In this document: piece after piece, positions 28,920 to 39,474 of the stretch
Layout: each line of letters opens with the position of its first letter
How positions within the stretch are numbered: the stretch's first letter is position 1
Source of the DNA: Bdellovibrionales bacterium
GTDB taxonomy: Bacteria > Bdellovibrionota > Bdellovibrionia > Bdellovibrionales > JAGQZY01
DNA: 64,000 nucleotides
Assembly (NCBI GenBank): GCA_964230645.1
Contig: CAXRHT010000002.1
Coordinates: 1,792,001-1,856,000 of the forward strand
Direction of reading: 5' to 3'
Translations under genes and position numbers: made by a program
Notes under the pieces: generated by a model
What the model saw: only the letters and a program-made list of their open reading frames with translations
Databases searched by the model: none
Told to the model about the DNA's origin: nothing

Positions 28920-31900
28920 ATGTTCATGAATGATATAAAGTCCGAATTAAACAACCGTATCCTCTACTTTGATGGAGGAATTGGTACCAGTTTTCAAAAG
29001 ATGAAACTTGGTGAAGAAGATTTTCGTGGTGAGAGGTTTAAAGATCATCCTTCGAAACTTATGGGAAATAATGATTTTCTCACTTTATCCTCACCAGAAC
29101 TTGTGAAAAAGATGCACCGGGAGTTTTTAGAGGCCGGTTCAGACATAATAAGTACTAACACTTTTAGTGCCACCAGAGTTTCACAAGCTGACTTTAAATG
29201 TGAAGCCTACACCTATGAGCTTAATAAAACAGCGGCACAATTAGCTAAAGAAGTGGCTAAAGAGTTCAATCGCCCTATTTGGGTCGCAGGTTCTATGGGA
29301 CCAACTACTAAAATTACGTCTATTTCTCCAGACGTGAATGATCCAGGACACCGGGATATTTCCTTTGATCAGCTCTGTTCAGACTTTGAAGAACAAATTG
29401 AAGCCCTCATGGATGGTGGTGTGGATCTACTGTTGATGGAAACCTTTATTGACACTCTAAACTTGAAGGCTGCCATCAAAGCGGCTGACAATGTTTTTGA
29501 GAAGAAAAATAAAACTCTTCCTCTTATTCTCTCAGCCACGATCACGGATAAATCAGGAAGAACTCTTTCTGGGCAAACCATTGAAGCGTTTTGGAATTCC
29601 GTTCGTCATGCAAAACCACTAGCTGTTGGAATGAACTGTGCCTTTGGGGCCAATGAGCTTAAACCCTATATTCGTGAGCTGAGCGATCTAGCCGACTGCT
29701 ATGTGAGTTGTTATCCTAATGCCGGTCTGCCTAACCCCTTAAGTGATACTGGTTATGATGAAACCCCGGAGCATACGTCTAAAGCACTCCTTGATATGGT
29801 GGATGAGGGTTATGTGAATCTTATTGGGGGTTGTTGTGGGACGACACCTGAACACATTCAAGCCATTCGAGAGAAAACAAAGGAGAAATCTCCTAGAACT
29901 TTAGTGTCTCCTAGAAAAAAGATGCGCCTCAGTGGCCTTGAGCCTGTGAACATTGATGTGATTGAAAACTCTCAAACATTTATCATGGTCGGCGAGAGAA
30001 CAAATGTTATGGGCTCGCCTAAGTTTAAAAAGCTTATTAAAGAAGAGCGCTTTGAAGAGGCCTTGGACATTGCCAGACAGCAAGTGGAAAATGGCGCCAA
30101 CATCATCGATATCAACTTTGATGAAGGTATGATCGATGGGGTCAAGGCTATGGAGCAGTTTTTAAGGCTCGTTGGCTCTGAGCCCGATATTTCGAAAGTT
30201 CCTATCATGATTGATAGTTCTAAATGGGAAGTTTTGGAAATCGGACTTAAAAACACTCAAGGTAAATCCATTGTTAACTCCATTAGCTTAAAAGAGGGTG
30301 AAGAGGTCTTTAAAAAGCAAGCCGCGATCATTCAGTCCTATGGAGCCGCTGTTGTCGTTATGGCTTTTGATGAAAAAGGGCAAGCCGCCTCAAAAGACGA
30401 TAAAATTAGAATTTGTAAAAGGGCCTATAAAATCCTGACAGAAGAAGTCGACTTTCCTCCTGAAGACATAATCTTTGATCCGAACGTTCTAACTGTTGCC
30501 ACCGGAATGGAAGAGCACAATAGCTACGGTCTTGATTTTATAGAAGCGGTTCGAGAGATTAAAAAGCAATGTCCACTGGCGAAGACCAGTGGTGGGATTA
30601 GTAACGTCTCTTTTTCCTTTAGAGGAAACAATGTGGTTCGTGAAGCCATGCACTCTGTTTTTCTTTACCACGCCACAAGAGCCGGTCTTGATATGGGGAT
30701 CGTAAATGCCGGGATGCTCGCAGTCTACGAAGACATTCCTAAAGAACTTTTAACCTTAGTGGAAGACGTCATTCTCAATCGCAGAGAGGACGCCACGGAA
30801 AGACTTCTCGACCGGGCCGCAGAATTTAAAGGTGAAAAAGGTCAGGTCAGCAAGCAAGATCTTAAATGGAGAGAGGGCAACTATGCTGCAAGAATAAAGC
30901 ACGCCCTTATTCATGGAATCACAGAATATGTTGATCAAGACACCGAAGAAGCCAGGCAAGACTTAGAACGTCCCCTCCATGTTATTGAAGGTCCGTTAAT
31001 GGCCGGCATGAAAGAGGTGGGTGATCTCTTCGGAGCTGGGAAAATGTTTCTTCCGCAGGTGGTGAAAAGTGCAAGGGTGATGAAAAAAGCCGTCGCTTAT
31101 CTTCAGCCTTACATGGAAAAAGAGAAAAAAAATGTAGAAGCTCAAAGGGTTTTTGTCATCGCCACAGTTAAGGGAGATGTCCACGACATCGGTAAGAATA
31201 TTGTTTCCGTAGTTCTTGCATGTAACGGTTATAAAGTGGTCGATTTAGGTGTGATGGTTAGTTGCGAAGAAATTATCGAAGCGGCCAAAGAAAATAAGGC
31301 CGATATCATTGGAATGAGTGGACTGATTACTCCTTCGCTTGACGAAATGATCATGAACGCGCGCGAAATGGAAAAACAAGGGATCAGCACTCCCCTCCTT
31401 GTCGGTGGTGCAACCACAAGCCGTATTCATACAGCGGTAAAAATAGACCCTGAGTACAACAATCTTGTAGCCCACGTGAGTGACGCCTCCTTAGTGGTCG
31501 AGGTTTGTAATAAAATTTTGGGCCCTGAAACAAAAGAAGGCGCCCAAAAAGACTATAAAGAAAACTACCTAAAACTTCGGGAAAATTATCTTAATAAAAA
31601 GAGCGAAAAAGATAAGCTCGTGCCTTATGATTACGCCAATACCAACAATTGGATTCGTAAAAATCCAAACCCCACACCTTTTCCTAAAAAATTAGGTGTC
31701 TTCCAGGAAGAGGCCGATGTTGAAACCCTCATCCCCTATATCGATTGGTCCCCTTTCTTTTGGGCTTGGCAGATGAAAGGCATTTACCCTAAAATTTTCG
31801 AAAGTAAAAAGTATGGCAAAGAGGCTAAAAAGCTTTTTGATGATGCCCAAGAAATGCTTGAAACCATTAAAAAAGATGGTCGCATCAAGCCAAAAGGTGT

Positions 31901-32579
31901 TTTTGGCCTTTGGCCGGCTTGTCGCAGAACAAACGATGTTGTTCTATTTGACCCGGAGAATATGAAAAAAGAAATCGGCACTATCAACTTTCTCCGCCAG
32001 CAGGTTAAGAAAAAAGAAGGCACACCTCATTTTTGCCTTGCAGATTTCGTGGCTGGAGAAAGCAGCGGTGTCCAAGACTCCATAGGAGCTTTTGCCGTCA
32101 CAGCAGGAGCTGAAGTCGATGAGATGGCTAAAGAGTATGAAGCCAAAAATGACGACTACTCTTCAATCATGATGAAAGCTGTCGGTGATCGACTGGCTGA
32201 AGCTTTTGCAGAACATCTCCACGAAAAAGTGAGAAAAGAGTTTTATGGCATCGAAGAGTCTTTTACTAACGAAGAGCTCATTAAAGAGAACTACCAGGGT
32301 ATCCGCCCCGCCATGGGATATCCCAGCTGCCCGGATCACACCGAAAAGCAAATTATTTGGGATTTAATGGATGTTGAAAAGAAGACCGGTGTCTCATTGA
32401 CAGAGACCTATGCCATGAACCCACCAAGCTCTGTTTCCGGCTACTACCTTCTTCATCCCGAAGCGAAGTACTTTCATGTTGGCAAAATTGATAAGGATCA
32501 AGTCGAAGACTACGCCGAGCGCAAAGGTGTGAGTGCTGAGTATATTGAAAAGTGGCTTGCGACCAATTTAGTTTACTAA
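28920..32579 (+). CDS. metH: Cobalamin-dependent methionine synthase
   Basis: [33 protein letters not shown]12 motif, [14 protein letters not shown]. Confidence 0.98.
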   Translation: MFMNDIKSELNNRILYFDGGIGTSFQKMKLGEEDFRGERFKDHPSKLMGNNDFLTLSSPELVKKMHREFLEAGSDIISTNTFSATRVSQADFKCEAYTYELNKTAAQLAKEVAKEFNRPIWVAGSMGPTTKITSISPDVNDPGHRDISFDQLCSDFEEQIEALMDGGVDLLLMETFIDTLNLKAAIKAADNVFEKKNKTLPLILSATITDKSGRTLSGQTIEAFWNSVRHAKPLAVGMNCAFGANELKPYIRELSDLADCYVSCYPNAGLPNPLSDTGYDETPEHTSKALLDMVDEGYVNLIGGCCGTTPEHIQAIREKTKEKSPRTLVSPRKKMRLSGLEPVNIDVIENSQTFIMVGERTNVMGSPKFKKLIKEERFEEALDIARQQVENGANIIDINFDEGMIDGVKAMEQFLRLVGSEPDISKVPIMIDSSKWEVLEIGLKNTQGKSIVNSISLKEGEEVFKKQAAIIQSYGAAVVVMAFDEKGQAASKDDKIRICKRAYKILTEEVDFPPEDIIFDPNVLTVATGMEEHNSYGLDFIEAVREIKKQCPLAKTSGGISNVSFSFRGNNVVREAMHSVFLYHATRAGLDMGIVNAGMLAVYEDIPKELLTLVEDVILNRREDATERLLDRAAEFKGEKGQVSKQDLKWREGNYAARIKHALIHGITEYVDQDTEEARQDLERPLHVIEGPLMAGMKEVGDLFGAGKMFLPQVVKSARVMKKAVAYLQPYMEKEKKNVEAQRVFVIATVKGDVHDIGKNIVSVVLACNGYKVVDLGVMVSCEEIIEAAKENKADIIGMSGLITPSLDEMIMNAREMEKQGISTPLLVGGATTSRIHTAVKIDPEYNNLVAHVSDASLVVEVCNKILGPETKEGAQKDYKENYLKLRENYLNKKSEKDKLVPYDYANTNNWIRKNPNPTPFPKKLGVFQEEADVETLIPYIDWSPFFWAWQMKGIYPKIFESKKYGKEAKKLFDDAQEMLETIKKDGRIKPKGVFGLWPACRRTNDVVLFDPENMKKEIGTINFLRQQVKKKEGTPHFCLADFVAGESSGVQDSIGAFAVTAGAEVDEMAKEYEAKNDDYSSIMMKAVGDRLAEAFAEHLHEKVRKEFYGIEESFTNEELIKENYQGIRPAMGYPSCPDHTEKQIIWDLMDVEKKTGVSLTETYAMNPPSSVSGYYLLHPEAKYFHVGKIDKDQVEDYAERKGVSAEYIEKWLATNLVY

Positions 32580-32584
32580 GACAT

Positions 32585-32612
32585 AAAAAAAGGGGCTTTC
32601 AAAAAAGCCCCT
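32585..32612. terminator. Intrinsic terminator between convergent genes
   Basis: A-tract then AGGGGCTTT-caaa-AAAGCCCCT. Confidence 0.75.
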
Positions 32613-32663
32613 AAGGTCGTTGCACTTAAAAAATGTCTGGTTCACATTCTCTAAATTTATAAA

Positions 32664-33302
32664 TTATTGTTTGTTGTAAGCTGTTCCAAGATCAAGATCT
32701 GTTGGACGGTCATTTTCGGACTCACCCATTTGGGACACTCCACCTTGGTTCAAGTAAAGAGTGCTACCGTTACGCTTATAAACTCCGTAAAGAGTATTAG
32801 GAACGGCTGGAACAAAACAACCATCAATGTTGTCGCTCTTTTCAGCAGGAACTTGTTTAGGTTCGCCCGCTTGGTAATTGTTGATCTCACAGTAGTTGAT
32901 TCCGTTAAGGAAATCAGCTCCGGCTTCCGTTTCGGCTGTAACAAATGACTCTTCAAGGTCTACCTGAATGGTTCCCCCCTCAGACTCAGGAGCTCCGTCG
33001 CTATCGATGTTGAACGATCCACGCGCTTCAATTACTGCACTTGGATCACCTCCACAGTCACCGTTAGAATAAATATCACGGTACATAGTAAAGTTATCGG
33101 CAGCCTCAAAACGAAGAGTTTCTCTATAAGAAACACCAACACCAAAAGCTCCTACACCCACACAATTTTCATTGGCATAGCGGCCGTTTAGCTCAGGATC
33201 TTGGGTCACAGGATTGCTGGCAGAATCTTCACCACAGGCTGAAATCATAGTAGCAGCGAGTAGTCCACTAGCAAGAGTTAGAAGGGTGTTTTGCTTTTTC
33301 AT
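32664..33302 (-). CDS. Hypothetical lipoprotein
   Basis: Lipobox ISA-C, GGAG RBS, four further Cys. Confidence 0.8.
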   Translation of the reverse strand: MKKQNTLLTLASGLLAATMISACGEDSASNPVTQDPELNGRYANENCVGVGAFGVGVSYRETLRFEAADNFTMYRDIYSNGDCGGDPSAVIEARGSFNIDSDGAPESEGGTIQVDLEESFVTAETEAGADFLNGINYCEINNYQAGEPKQVPAEKSDNIDGCFVPAVPNTLYGVYKRNGSTLYLNQGGVSQMGESENDRPTDLDLGTAYNKQ

Positions 33303-33632
33303 TTTTACTCCATTTGGTTTGTTTGTTGTTGTTTCTACGGGAATGAAATTACTCGAAGACCTACTTTTAAAGTTTATTGAATTCTCTAAAGTGTGTGTAA
33401 ATTTGATGGCATTTTCTTTTTTACATACTTGATTTGTTTTTTTTCAAACCCACACCCCATTGAATTGTCACTTTTAAGAGACGCGACTCTGTGATCTTTT
33501 CAAGAGCCCGAGGTACTGAAGTTTATTTATGAGAACAATCCCACATTACTTTCCTTAAAAGGCGGGGATCAAAAACAACAAAATTAATTAACAATTAAAA
33601 TAAATCTATTGAATTTTTGGGGTAATGCTCAG

Positions 33633-34286
33633 CTAAGCCTTGTTGACCGCGATCGGCTTTTTTCTTTTGGGATAAAGGTCTTTACAAATCACACAGTCGA
33701 GACCGTAACAGCTTCGCGCTTTACAGTGTTCGCGACCATAGTAAATGATCTGTAAATGAAGATCGTTCCACAAGTCTTCAGGGAAAAGCTGTTTTAAGTC
33801 TTTCTCTGTTTGAGTAACATTTTTGCCATTTGTGAGCTTCCACCGTTGGGCTAAGCGATGAATATGAGTGTCCACAGGAAAGGCCGGGTGCCCAAACGCC
33901 TGACTCATCACCACACTCGCCGTTTTGTGCCCCACCCCGGGGAGAGCCTCTAAGTCTTCAAAGTTTTTAGGAACTTTGCCCTTATGTTTATCAATAAGAA
34001 TGTGGGAGAGATCATAAATAGCTTTTGATTTTCTAGGGCTAAGCCCGCATGGCCTAATAACCTCACGGATTTCCTCCACGCTTAACTTTATCATTTTCCT
34101 TGGAGTATCTGCTTTTTTAAAAAGAGTGGGTGTAACCTGGTTCACCCTTTCATCGGTGCACTGAGCGGACAATAGCACAGCGATCAATAAGGTATAGGGA
34201 TCTTTGTGCTTTAGCGGAATAGGTGGCTTGGGGTAAAGGGCCTGCAAAGTCTTTGCAACATGCTCAGCCCGCTCCTTTTTAGTAAT
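33633..34286 (-). CDS. nth: Endonuclease III
   Basis: LLSAQCTD, LPGVGHKTA, VDTHIHR, C-x6-C-x2-C. Start placed at ATT 34286; the first standard start is TTG 34247. Confidence 0.93.
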   Translation of the reverse strand: MTKKERAEHVAKTLQALYPKPPIPLKHKDPYTLLIAVLLSAQCTDERVNQVTPTLFKKADTPRKMIKLSVEEIREVIRPCGLSPRKSKAIYDLSHILIDKHKGKVPKNFEDLEALPGVGHKTASVVMSQAFGHPAFPVDTHIHRLAQRWKLTNGKNVTQTEKDLKQLFPEDLWNDLHLQIIYYGREHCKARSCYGLDCVICKDLYPKRKKPIAVNKA

Positions 34287-34300
34287 ACCAAAATCCTTTT

Positions 34301-34771
34301 TTAAATGACTTCAACACCAGTGGCCACAAACTGAAACATGGTCTTTCCAGTTTTGATTTTTTTAACCTCTTCCATTTTCTTACCCTCATCCATCATGTAG
34401 TGACGAAGAGTGGGTGCTGAGACATGCTTTTTTTCAAGCTTGCCTTGAACACGAACTTTTTTTCCTAAGATGTCTTTAGGCACAAAAAAACCGTAGTCCT
34501 TAAAAAAGGTACGGACATATTTCTTGTTGTCTTTAAGAACCATCCAACAGCCCTTTTTTTCACAGACTTTTTTCGGGGTGGCCTCAAGGGTGATTGTTTT
34601 GCCTTCAAGGTTTTTGTAATTATCCATGGCTTTGGCCAAAGTCATAACGTCTTGCTTGTCGCCCATCTCACCGAAAACCTGGTTTTGGTGAAGCCCTGGA
34701 TCGGACTGAGGTCGAGCCTCAAGTGTGTAAGCCGCTAAAATAACGCATAAAAATGAGATCCATAGTTTCAT
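34301..34771 (-). CDS. DUF4920-like secreted protein
   Basis: VCEKKGCWM, FKDYGFFVP, LRHY...G, ATGV motifs; signal peptide. Confidence 0.8.
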   Translation of the reverse strand: MKLWISFLCVILAAYTLEARPQSDPGLHQNQVFGEMGDKQDVMTLAKAMDNYKNLEGKTITLEATPKKVCEKKGCWMVLKDNKKYVRTFFKDYGFFVPKDILGKKVRVQGKLEKKHVSAPTLRHYMMDEGKKMEEVKKIKTGKTMFQFVATGVEVI

Positions 34772-34870
34772 AAATCCTCCCAAAGTGCCGACAACTATAC
34801 TGAAAAAGAGTCCACCTGTCTACGAGCGGGTAAAGGCGCTAAAACCCCGCGCTTTTCGCCAAAGGTCGAG

Positions 34871-34898
34871 TCAACTTTCTAAGTACTTAAACCGATAG
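34871..34898 (+). promoter_or_regulatory. Putative sigma28 (FliA) promoter of motAB
   Basis: TCAA-N16-ACCGATAG upstream of the stator genes. Confidence 0.55.
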
Positions 34899-34931
34899 AA
34901 TTCTTAAGGAACTCTAACAAACGAGGAAACT

Positions 34932-35705
34932 GTGGATATAGCTACACTGATAGGACTCCTGGGAGCAGTCGGCGTTATTATTGCTGCGATTCTCATAGGC
35001 CCCAACCCTATGATGTTTGTGGATGTCACGTCCATACTGATTGTCTTTGGTGGTACCACTTTCGTGGTCGCCATGAAATTTAGTATCAAGCAACTACCCA
35101 ATGCCATTAAAGTGGCCATCAAGGCCTTCTCTTCTCGAACCGATCGCCCTGAAGATCTTATCGACCAGGTTTACGAGCTTGCAAAAGCCGCCAAAAAGAG
35201 TGGAATCCTTGCCTTAGAGTCCTTTGAAATTCAAAACGGTTTCCTTGAAAGAGGAATTATGATGCTTGTGGATGGCTATGATCCAGAAGTTATCCGAGAG
35301 ATCCTAACGAAAGAAAGAGATTTAACAATCACTCGTCACCAACAGGGACGAAAAATATTTGAAGCGGCCACCGATGTGGCTCCTGCCATGGGTATGATTG
35401 GTACCCTTATTGGTCTTGTGCAGATGCTTTCGAATATGAAAGATCCGAAATCCATTGGTCCTGCCATGGCCGTTGCTCTTCTCACCACACTTTATGGTGC
35501 TGTGATCGCCAACGTTTTTGCAGCCCCTATTGCTGACAAACTCGCCCTTCGCAGTGAAGAAGAAGAGAAAAACTACAACCTTTGTATCGATGCCATTATG
35601 GGTATTTCCTCTGGTCTCAATGCCAAAATCATCAAAGACTCTCTGAGAGAGTACTTACCCGCTCACCTTAAACGTCAATCTGAAGATATTTCGAAGGCTG
35701 CGTAA
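34932..35705 (+). CDS. motA: Flagellar stator subunit MotA/PomA
   Basis: MDIATLIG, APAMGMIGTLIGLV, AVALLTTLYG. Confidence 0.95.
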   Translation: MDIATLIGLLGAVGVIIAAILIGPNPMMFVDVTSILIVFGGTTFVVAMKFSIKQLPNAIKVAIKAFSSRTDRPEDLIDQVYELAKAAKKSGILALESFEIQNGFLERGIMMLVDGYDPEVIREILTKERDLTITRHQQGRKIFEAATDVAPAMGMIGTLIGLVQMLSNMKDPKSIGPAMAVALLTTLYGAVIANVFAAPIADKLALRSEEEEKNYNLCIDAIMGISSGLNAKIIKDSLREYLPAHLKRQSEDISKAA

Positions 35706-35707
35706 CT

Positions 35708-36508
35708 ATGGCAAAAGAGCAAGAACAGAAAAAAGGGGCACCGGGATGGATGGCAACGTTTGCCGATCTGATGTCCCTTCTTTTAACATTCTTCGTTCTC
35801 CTTCTTTCGATGTCGGAAATCGATGCCACTCGCTTCCGTAAGGTTTCAGGTTCTTTAAAAATGGCTTTTGGTGTGCAAAGAAAAACGATTTTTGATGAGC
35901 CTCCAAAGGGTTCAAGTTTTATTCAGCAAGAGCACAGCGCGGGTGGTTCAAGATCCCCTATGAGTGTGGGTGGTTCTACAGCTAATATTATCGATCCTCA
36001 ACTCCAGCAGATCAAAAATACTATGGAGAAGCAGGACAAAATTGCTCAATTGCAAAAACAAAAGCGTCTTGAGCAGAACCTTAAAAAAGTATTTAGTAAG
36101 TTCGAAAACGAATGGCGCGCTGGAAAAGTAGAGATTGATAAGAAAGATGGAAACCTTATCATCCGTCTTTCAGAGAAAGCCGCTTTTAGCCCCAACCGAA
36201 CACGCCTAAAAAAGTCATTTGAAAATATGCTTATAAAGCTTTCGGAAGTGGCTCACGATGTGGATGGAGATATTATTGTCTCAGGTCACAGTGATGATAA
36301 GATTGTTCGCACAGGAAAGTTTAAATCCAATTGGGAGTTCTCTGCGGCTCGCGCTAACACGGTGGCTCAAGCTTTGATGAAAAAAGGCGACGTGGACCCA
36401 AGCCGACTCACCATTCAATCCCACGGACCGACTAAGCCTCTTGTGAGAAACAACTCAGATATTAATCGGACCAAGAATCGTCGTATCGAAGTGATTATTA
36501 AACACTAA
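35708..36508 (+). CDS. motB: Flagellar stator subunit MotB/PomB
   Basis: WMATFADLMSLLLTFFVLL; OmpA domain GHSD, NWEFSAARA, NRRIE. Confidence 0.95.
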   Translation: MAKEQEQKKGAPGWMATFADLMSLLLTFFVLLLSMSEIDATRFRKVSGSLKMAFGVQRKTIFDEPPKGSSFIQQEHSAGGSRSPMSVGGSTANIIDPQLQQIKNTMEKQDKIAQLQKQKRLEQNLKKVFSKFENEWRAGKVEIDKKDGNLIIRLSEKAAFSPNRTRLKKSFENMLIKLSEVAHDVDGDIIVSGHSDDKIVRTGKFKSNWEFSAARANTVAQALMKKGDVDPSRLTIQSHGPTKPLVRNNSDINRTKNRRIEVIIKH

Positions 36509-36556
36509 AGACTCTAATTAAGAGACAATCCTTTTTATTCTTGTTATGAAATTCCT

Positions 36557-37693
36557 ATGGAGCTTAGAGCCGGTGTTTTAGCCATTGGAAACGAAGTTGT
36601 TGAAGGACAAATCACCAACCGCAATGCGGCCTGGCTCTCTGAGCAACTCTCAGAAATGGGCATACAGCCTCTTTTTCACCTCAGCTGCCGTGATATTCAA
36701 AAGGAAATCGAAGACTCCCTTAATTTTCTAAGCCCCCAATGCCACCTCATTCTTGTTTCCGGAGGCCTCGGCCCCACCCGTGATGACTGCACCCGCCAGA
36801 CTCTGAGCCACTGGTTAGGCTCAGAATTAGTGCTTGATCAAAAAGCCTGGGATGAAATTCAAAATAAGATCAATAGCCGAAATCTGACTATTCGCGAAGG
36901 CCATAAGAACCAAGCCTATATTCCTAAAGGCTCCACCCTTCTTGCCAATAGCGTTGGAGTCGCACCGGGATTTTTCCTAAAAGCTGAGAATTCATTTTTA
37001 GCCTCTCTCCCCGGCCCTCCAGGGGAGCTCACCAAAATGTTTATTGATGAGCTAAAACCACAAATTGAAAAAGCCATGGCTCCTAAAAAAGAAAAGAGCC
37101 TCTACACTTGGGGATGTTTGGGAGCACCGGAATCAGAGATTGCTCATATTGCCGATAGTATTTTAGGCTCAGACCTTGAGGTTGGCTATAGGCTTCACCG
37201 TCCCTATGTTGAGGTCAAACTTTGGCTCACCCTTAAAGAAAAAGAGCTTCTGCAATCAAAGCTTGATCGCTTCCAAGAAAAAATCACCCCCTGGTTTGTT
37301 GGCCCAAGGATCTCAGATGTGCATAAGAATTTTCATCAATATCTTTCAAAATTTGAATATGTATTTATCATTGATCAACTGACCACAGGACTTTTGCTTG
37401 AGAAGTTAAAAGAGCACAAGCAAGCCACGAATTTGCGCTACCAGTGTTTTGAGCACTCAAGCTACCGCTATTTCTCAAAAGCCGAGGTGGAACAAATTAT
37501 TAAAGCCTTAAACTCAGGCCAAAGTGACAAACAGCTTTTCTTTGGACTTTTCCCGGCCGGCGACCACGCCGCGTGGGCCAGTTTCAACGATGAAATCCAT
37601 AAGATCGACATCCCCCACCGTTTTAAAATTAAGAGTCGTTACGGCGAACACTACGCCATCGAAAAAAGTTTCCTATTAAAACAAAATGGCTAA
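36557..37693 (+). CDS. CinA-like protein (MocF domain, degenerate C-terminal domain)
   Basis: IGNEVVEGQITNRN, GGLGPTRDDCT, LPGPPGE. Confidence 0.85.
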   Translation: MELRAGVLAIGNEVVEGQITNRNAAWLSEQLSEMGIQPLFHLSCRDIQKEIEDSLNFLSPQCHLILVSGGLGPTRDDCTRQTLSHWLGSELVLDQKAWDEIQNKINSRNLTIREGHKNQAYIPKGSTLLANSVGVAPGFFLKAENSFLASLPGPPGELTKMFIDELKPQIEKAMAPKKEKSLYTWGCLGAPESEIAHIADSILGSDLEVGYRLHRPYVEVKLWLTLKEKELLQSKLDRFQEKITPWFVGPRISDVHKNFHQYLSKFEYVFIIDQLTTGLLLEKLKEHKQATNLRYQCFEHSSYRYFSKAEVEQIIKALNSGQSDKQLFFGLFPAGDHAAWASFNDEIHKIDIPHRFKIKSRYGEHYAIEKSFLLKQNG

Positions 37694-38090
37694 ACGAAAA
37701 AAGAAGAAAACCCAAAAGAAGACTTTTCAACTCTCCTGGATCTATGAACCACTTGAGGAGTTCGAAGATTTTTTCACAAAAAGAATGTTCGGGGGTCTCG
37801 CTGTTTATGTTCACGGTAAAATGACTCTAGTGATCGCAGAAGATCCTGGTAAAAAAGAGTACCGCGGCGAAGTTTATGACTTCGATATTTGGAATGGTGT
37901 TCTTTTTCCTACCTACTATGAACTCCAAGAAAAAATCTTGAGGGATTATCCACAACTTGTTCAACACCCTATTTTAAAAAAATGGCTCTATATTCCAGTC
38001 AGTGACAACAATTTTGATGGGACTGTGGTCGGTATTGTGGAAAACATTGTCGAAAACGATGAACGCTTTGGTATTTATCCCAAAGTTTAA
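37686..38090 (+). CDS. TfoX N-terminal-like protein
   Basis: KRMFGGLAVY motif; overlaps the cinA stop. Confidence 0.6.
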   Translation: MAKRKKKKTQKKTFQLSWIYEPLEEFEDFFTKRMFGGLAVYVHGKMTLVIAEDPGKKEYRGEVYDFDIWNGVLFPTYYELQEKILRDYPQLVQHPILKKWLYIPVSDNNFDGTVVGIVENIVENDERFGIYPKV

Positions 38091-38092
38091 TC

Positions 38093-38869
38093 CTAAAAAT
38101 AAAGAACGCCCATTAAAGTCCACCGGTCGGCGTACTCTCCGTAAAAGGTAATTTCTAAATTCGAGTAAGGTCTCATTCCAATCCCCACCCAAAGTTGTTC
38201 GCTAAACTGGTTGCCAACCTCATTCAAAAAAACGTCGTAAGATAAGGAAACTGAAAAGATATCCACTCTGACGGCCATACCAGGTGTGACCAAAACGGGT
38301 TGATCTAAGACGGCTGGGTTTTCGGCATCACGCTTCGAAACATCAAGCGAAAAGGTAAACTGTGGCAAAACATAAGAGTAACCAATTCCAAGGGCCGATC
38401 GATAGTTATAAATCCCTCCTGGGTCTTCAAACTCAAACACCAATCCCACTCGGTGCAGACCGTTGGGATTAAAGAGCATTCCCATAGTGTAGAGATCTTG
38501 CTGAACCCCAAAGCCCAATCCAAAACCACCCCAGATCGCACTAACCGTTCCACGAACATAGGGATCGCAAACATCACAGCCATTAGAATAAGCTCCAACG
38601 GCAAATCCGTATTGAGTGTCCCCCACACCCGCTTCTAACCCGAAACTAGTGGACTCGGTTCCATCAAGGGCTGAGGTGAGGTGATAACCATCTTGGTAGG
38701 AAGAGGCCACCGGGTTTTCAAAAGTAAATCCATTGGAAAAAAGAGTGGGATGATTTTGAGAGGGCGAAGAAATGCCTTGGGAAATGGCCAAGGAGTTAAG
38801 GTTGTTAGCCCCTTGCTGGGCAAAGGCTGGAACCTTTAAGAAAAAAAGGAGTAAAATCAATAACCTCAC
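38093..38869 (-). CDS. Hypothetical outer-membrane beta-barrel protein
   Basis: Signal peptide ending AFA, amphipathic beta-strands, C-terminal LYF. Start uncertain (GTG 38869 chosen). Confidence 0.65.
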   Translation of the reverse strand: MRLLILLLFFLKVPAFAQQGANNLNSLAISQGISSPSQNHPTLFSNGFTFENPVASSYQDGYHLTSALDGTESTSFGLEAGVGDTQYGFAVGAYSNGCDVCDPYVRGTVSAIWGGFGLGFGVQQDLYTMGMLFNPNGLHRVGLVFEFEDPGGIYNYRSALGIGYSYVLPQFTFSLDVSKRDAENPAVLDQPVLVTPGMAVRVDIFSVSLSYDVFLNEVGNQFSEQLWVGIGMRPYSNLEITFYGEYADRWTLMGVLYF

Positions 38870-39027
38870 ACCCTCGATGGTACTTTTTAATTCTCCTAAG
38901 GGCAAACCGTCTCAAACTGAGAAACAGGAAAAGGACTAGGCAAGAGGGTGACATTCTGTGTTCTTTGCTCTCAAGCGTGTGCCAAACCCATATGATCTCA
39001 AACCAGTTTCAATAGATCCAAAAAAAA

Positions 39028-39043
39028 CGGCACAATTCGTGAA
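39028..39043 (+). promoter_or_regulatory. Putative sigma54-type promoter (copy 1)
   Basis: CGGCAC-AATTC-GTGAA: -24 element good, -12 is GA rather than GC. Also at 41356 and 42502. Confidence 0.5.
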
Positions 39044-39053
39044 CTATATAAAA

Positions 39054-39161
39054 GACAGAAAGGCCATGATCCCCAGTCTGACCCTTTTTAAAAAATTAGA
39101 TCCCAAATCCCCATACCCCATATCCCCAAAGCCCAAGGCACCCACCTTGGGCTTTTATTTT
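39054..39161 (+). ncRNA. Candidate C-rich sRNA, copy 1
   Basis: Conserved unit between a promoter-like motif and the terminator AAAGCCCAAGG-caccca-CCTTGGGCTTTT; five C3-4 tracts. Confidence 0.6.
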
Positions 39162-39163
39162 AA

Positions 39164-39252
39164 TGTCGTCCAGAGCCCTCAAATGCCGTCCAGAGCTCTC
39201 AAACGTCGTCCTGAAGTAAAATTGTCGTCCTGAGGCGAAGCCGAAGGACCTG
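39164..39252 (+). repeat. Degenerate REP-derived tandem (four ~20-bp units, the last a full REP)
   Basis: YGYCGTCCWGA units ending in TGTCGTCCTGAGGCGAAGCCGAAGGACCT, related to the REP at 23706; repeated at 41492-41580. Confidence 0.8.
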
Positions 39253-39474
39253 TTTGAGCTCAATCGAAGTCTTACCTCATCCATGATTAAAATTAAGCAG
39301 AAATATAGCCACCTCAACAGAAAATCTGTGCCTAGACATTTTAGTTAGCTATCCCCATGGCAAATACAAGAATTTAGAGAGTAAAAACTGTGAAAGAGTT
39401 GAGCAGTCCTGCATTCTTTACCAATAATTATTCTTTTTTTAAGTTTTCGAATGAAATGGAATAATCTCTAAGCT

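Larger units (their letters stand above)
38909..39252 (+). repeat. 344-bp direct repeat, copy 1
   Basis: Colinear and highly similar to 41237-41580 at a constant offset of 2328. Confidence 0.95.

Noticed and set aside
37946..37954. DnaA box / replication origin
   Set aside because: Single TTATCCACA inside a CDS with no cluster.
38898..38960. c-di-GMP-I riboswitch (GGGCAAACC)
   Set aside because: No GNRA loop or downstream GACGCAAA-type segment, and GGGCAAACC is not retained in copy 2.
38958..39233. 91-aa ORF and its twin at 41286-41561
   Set aside because: Runs across a promoter motif, a terminator and REP units; frameshifted in the third copy; no good RBS.
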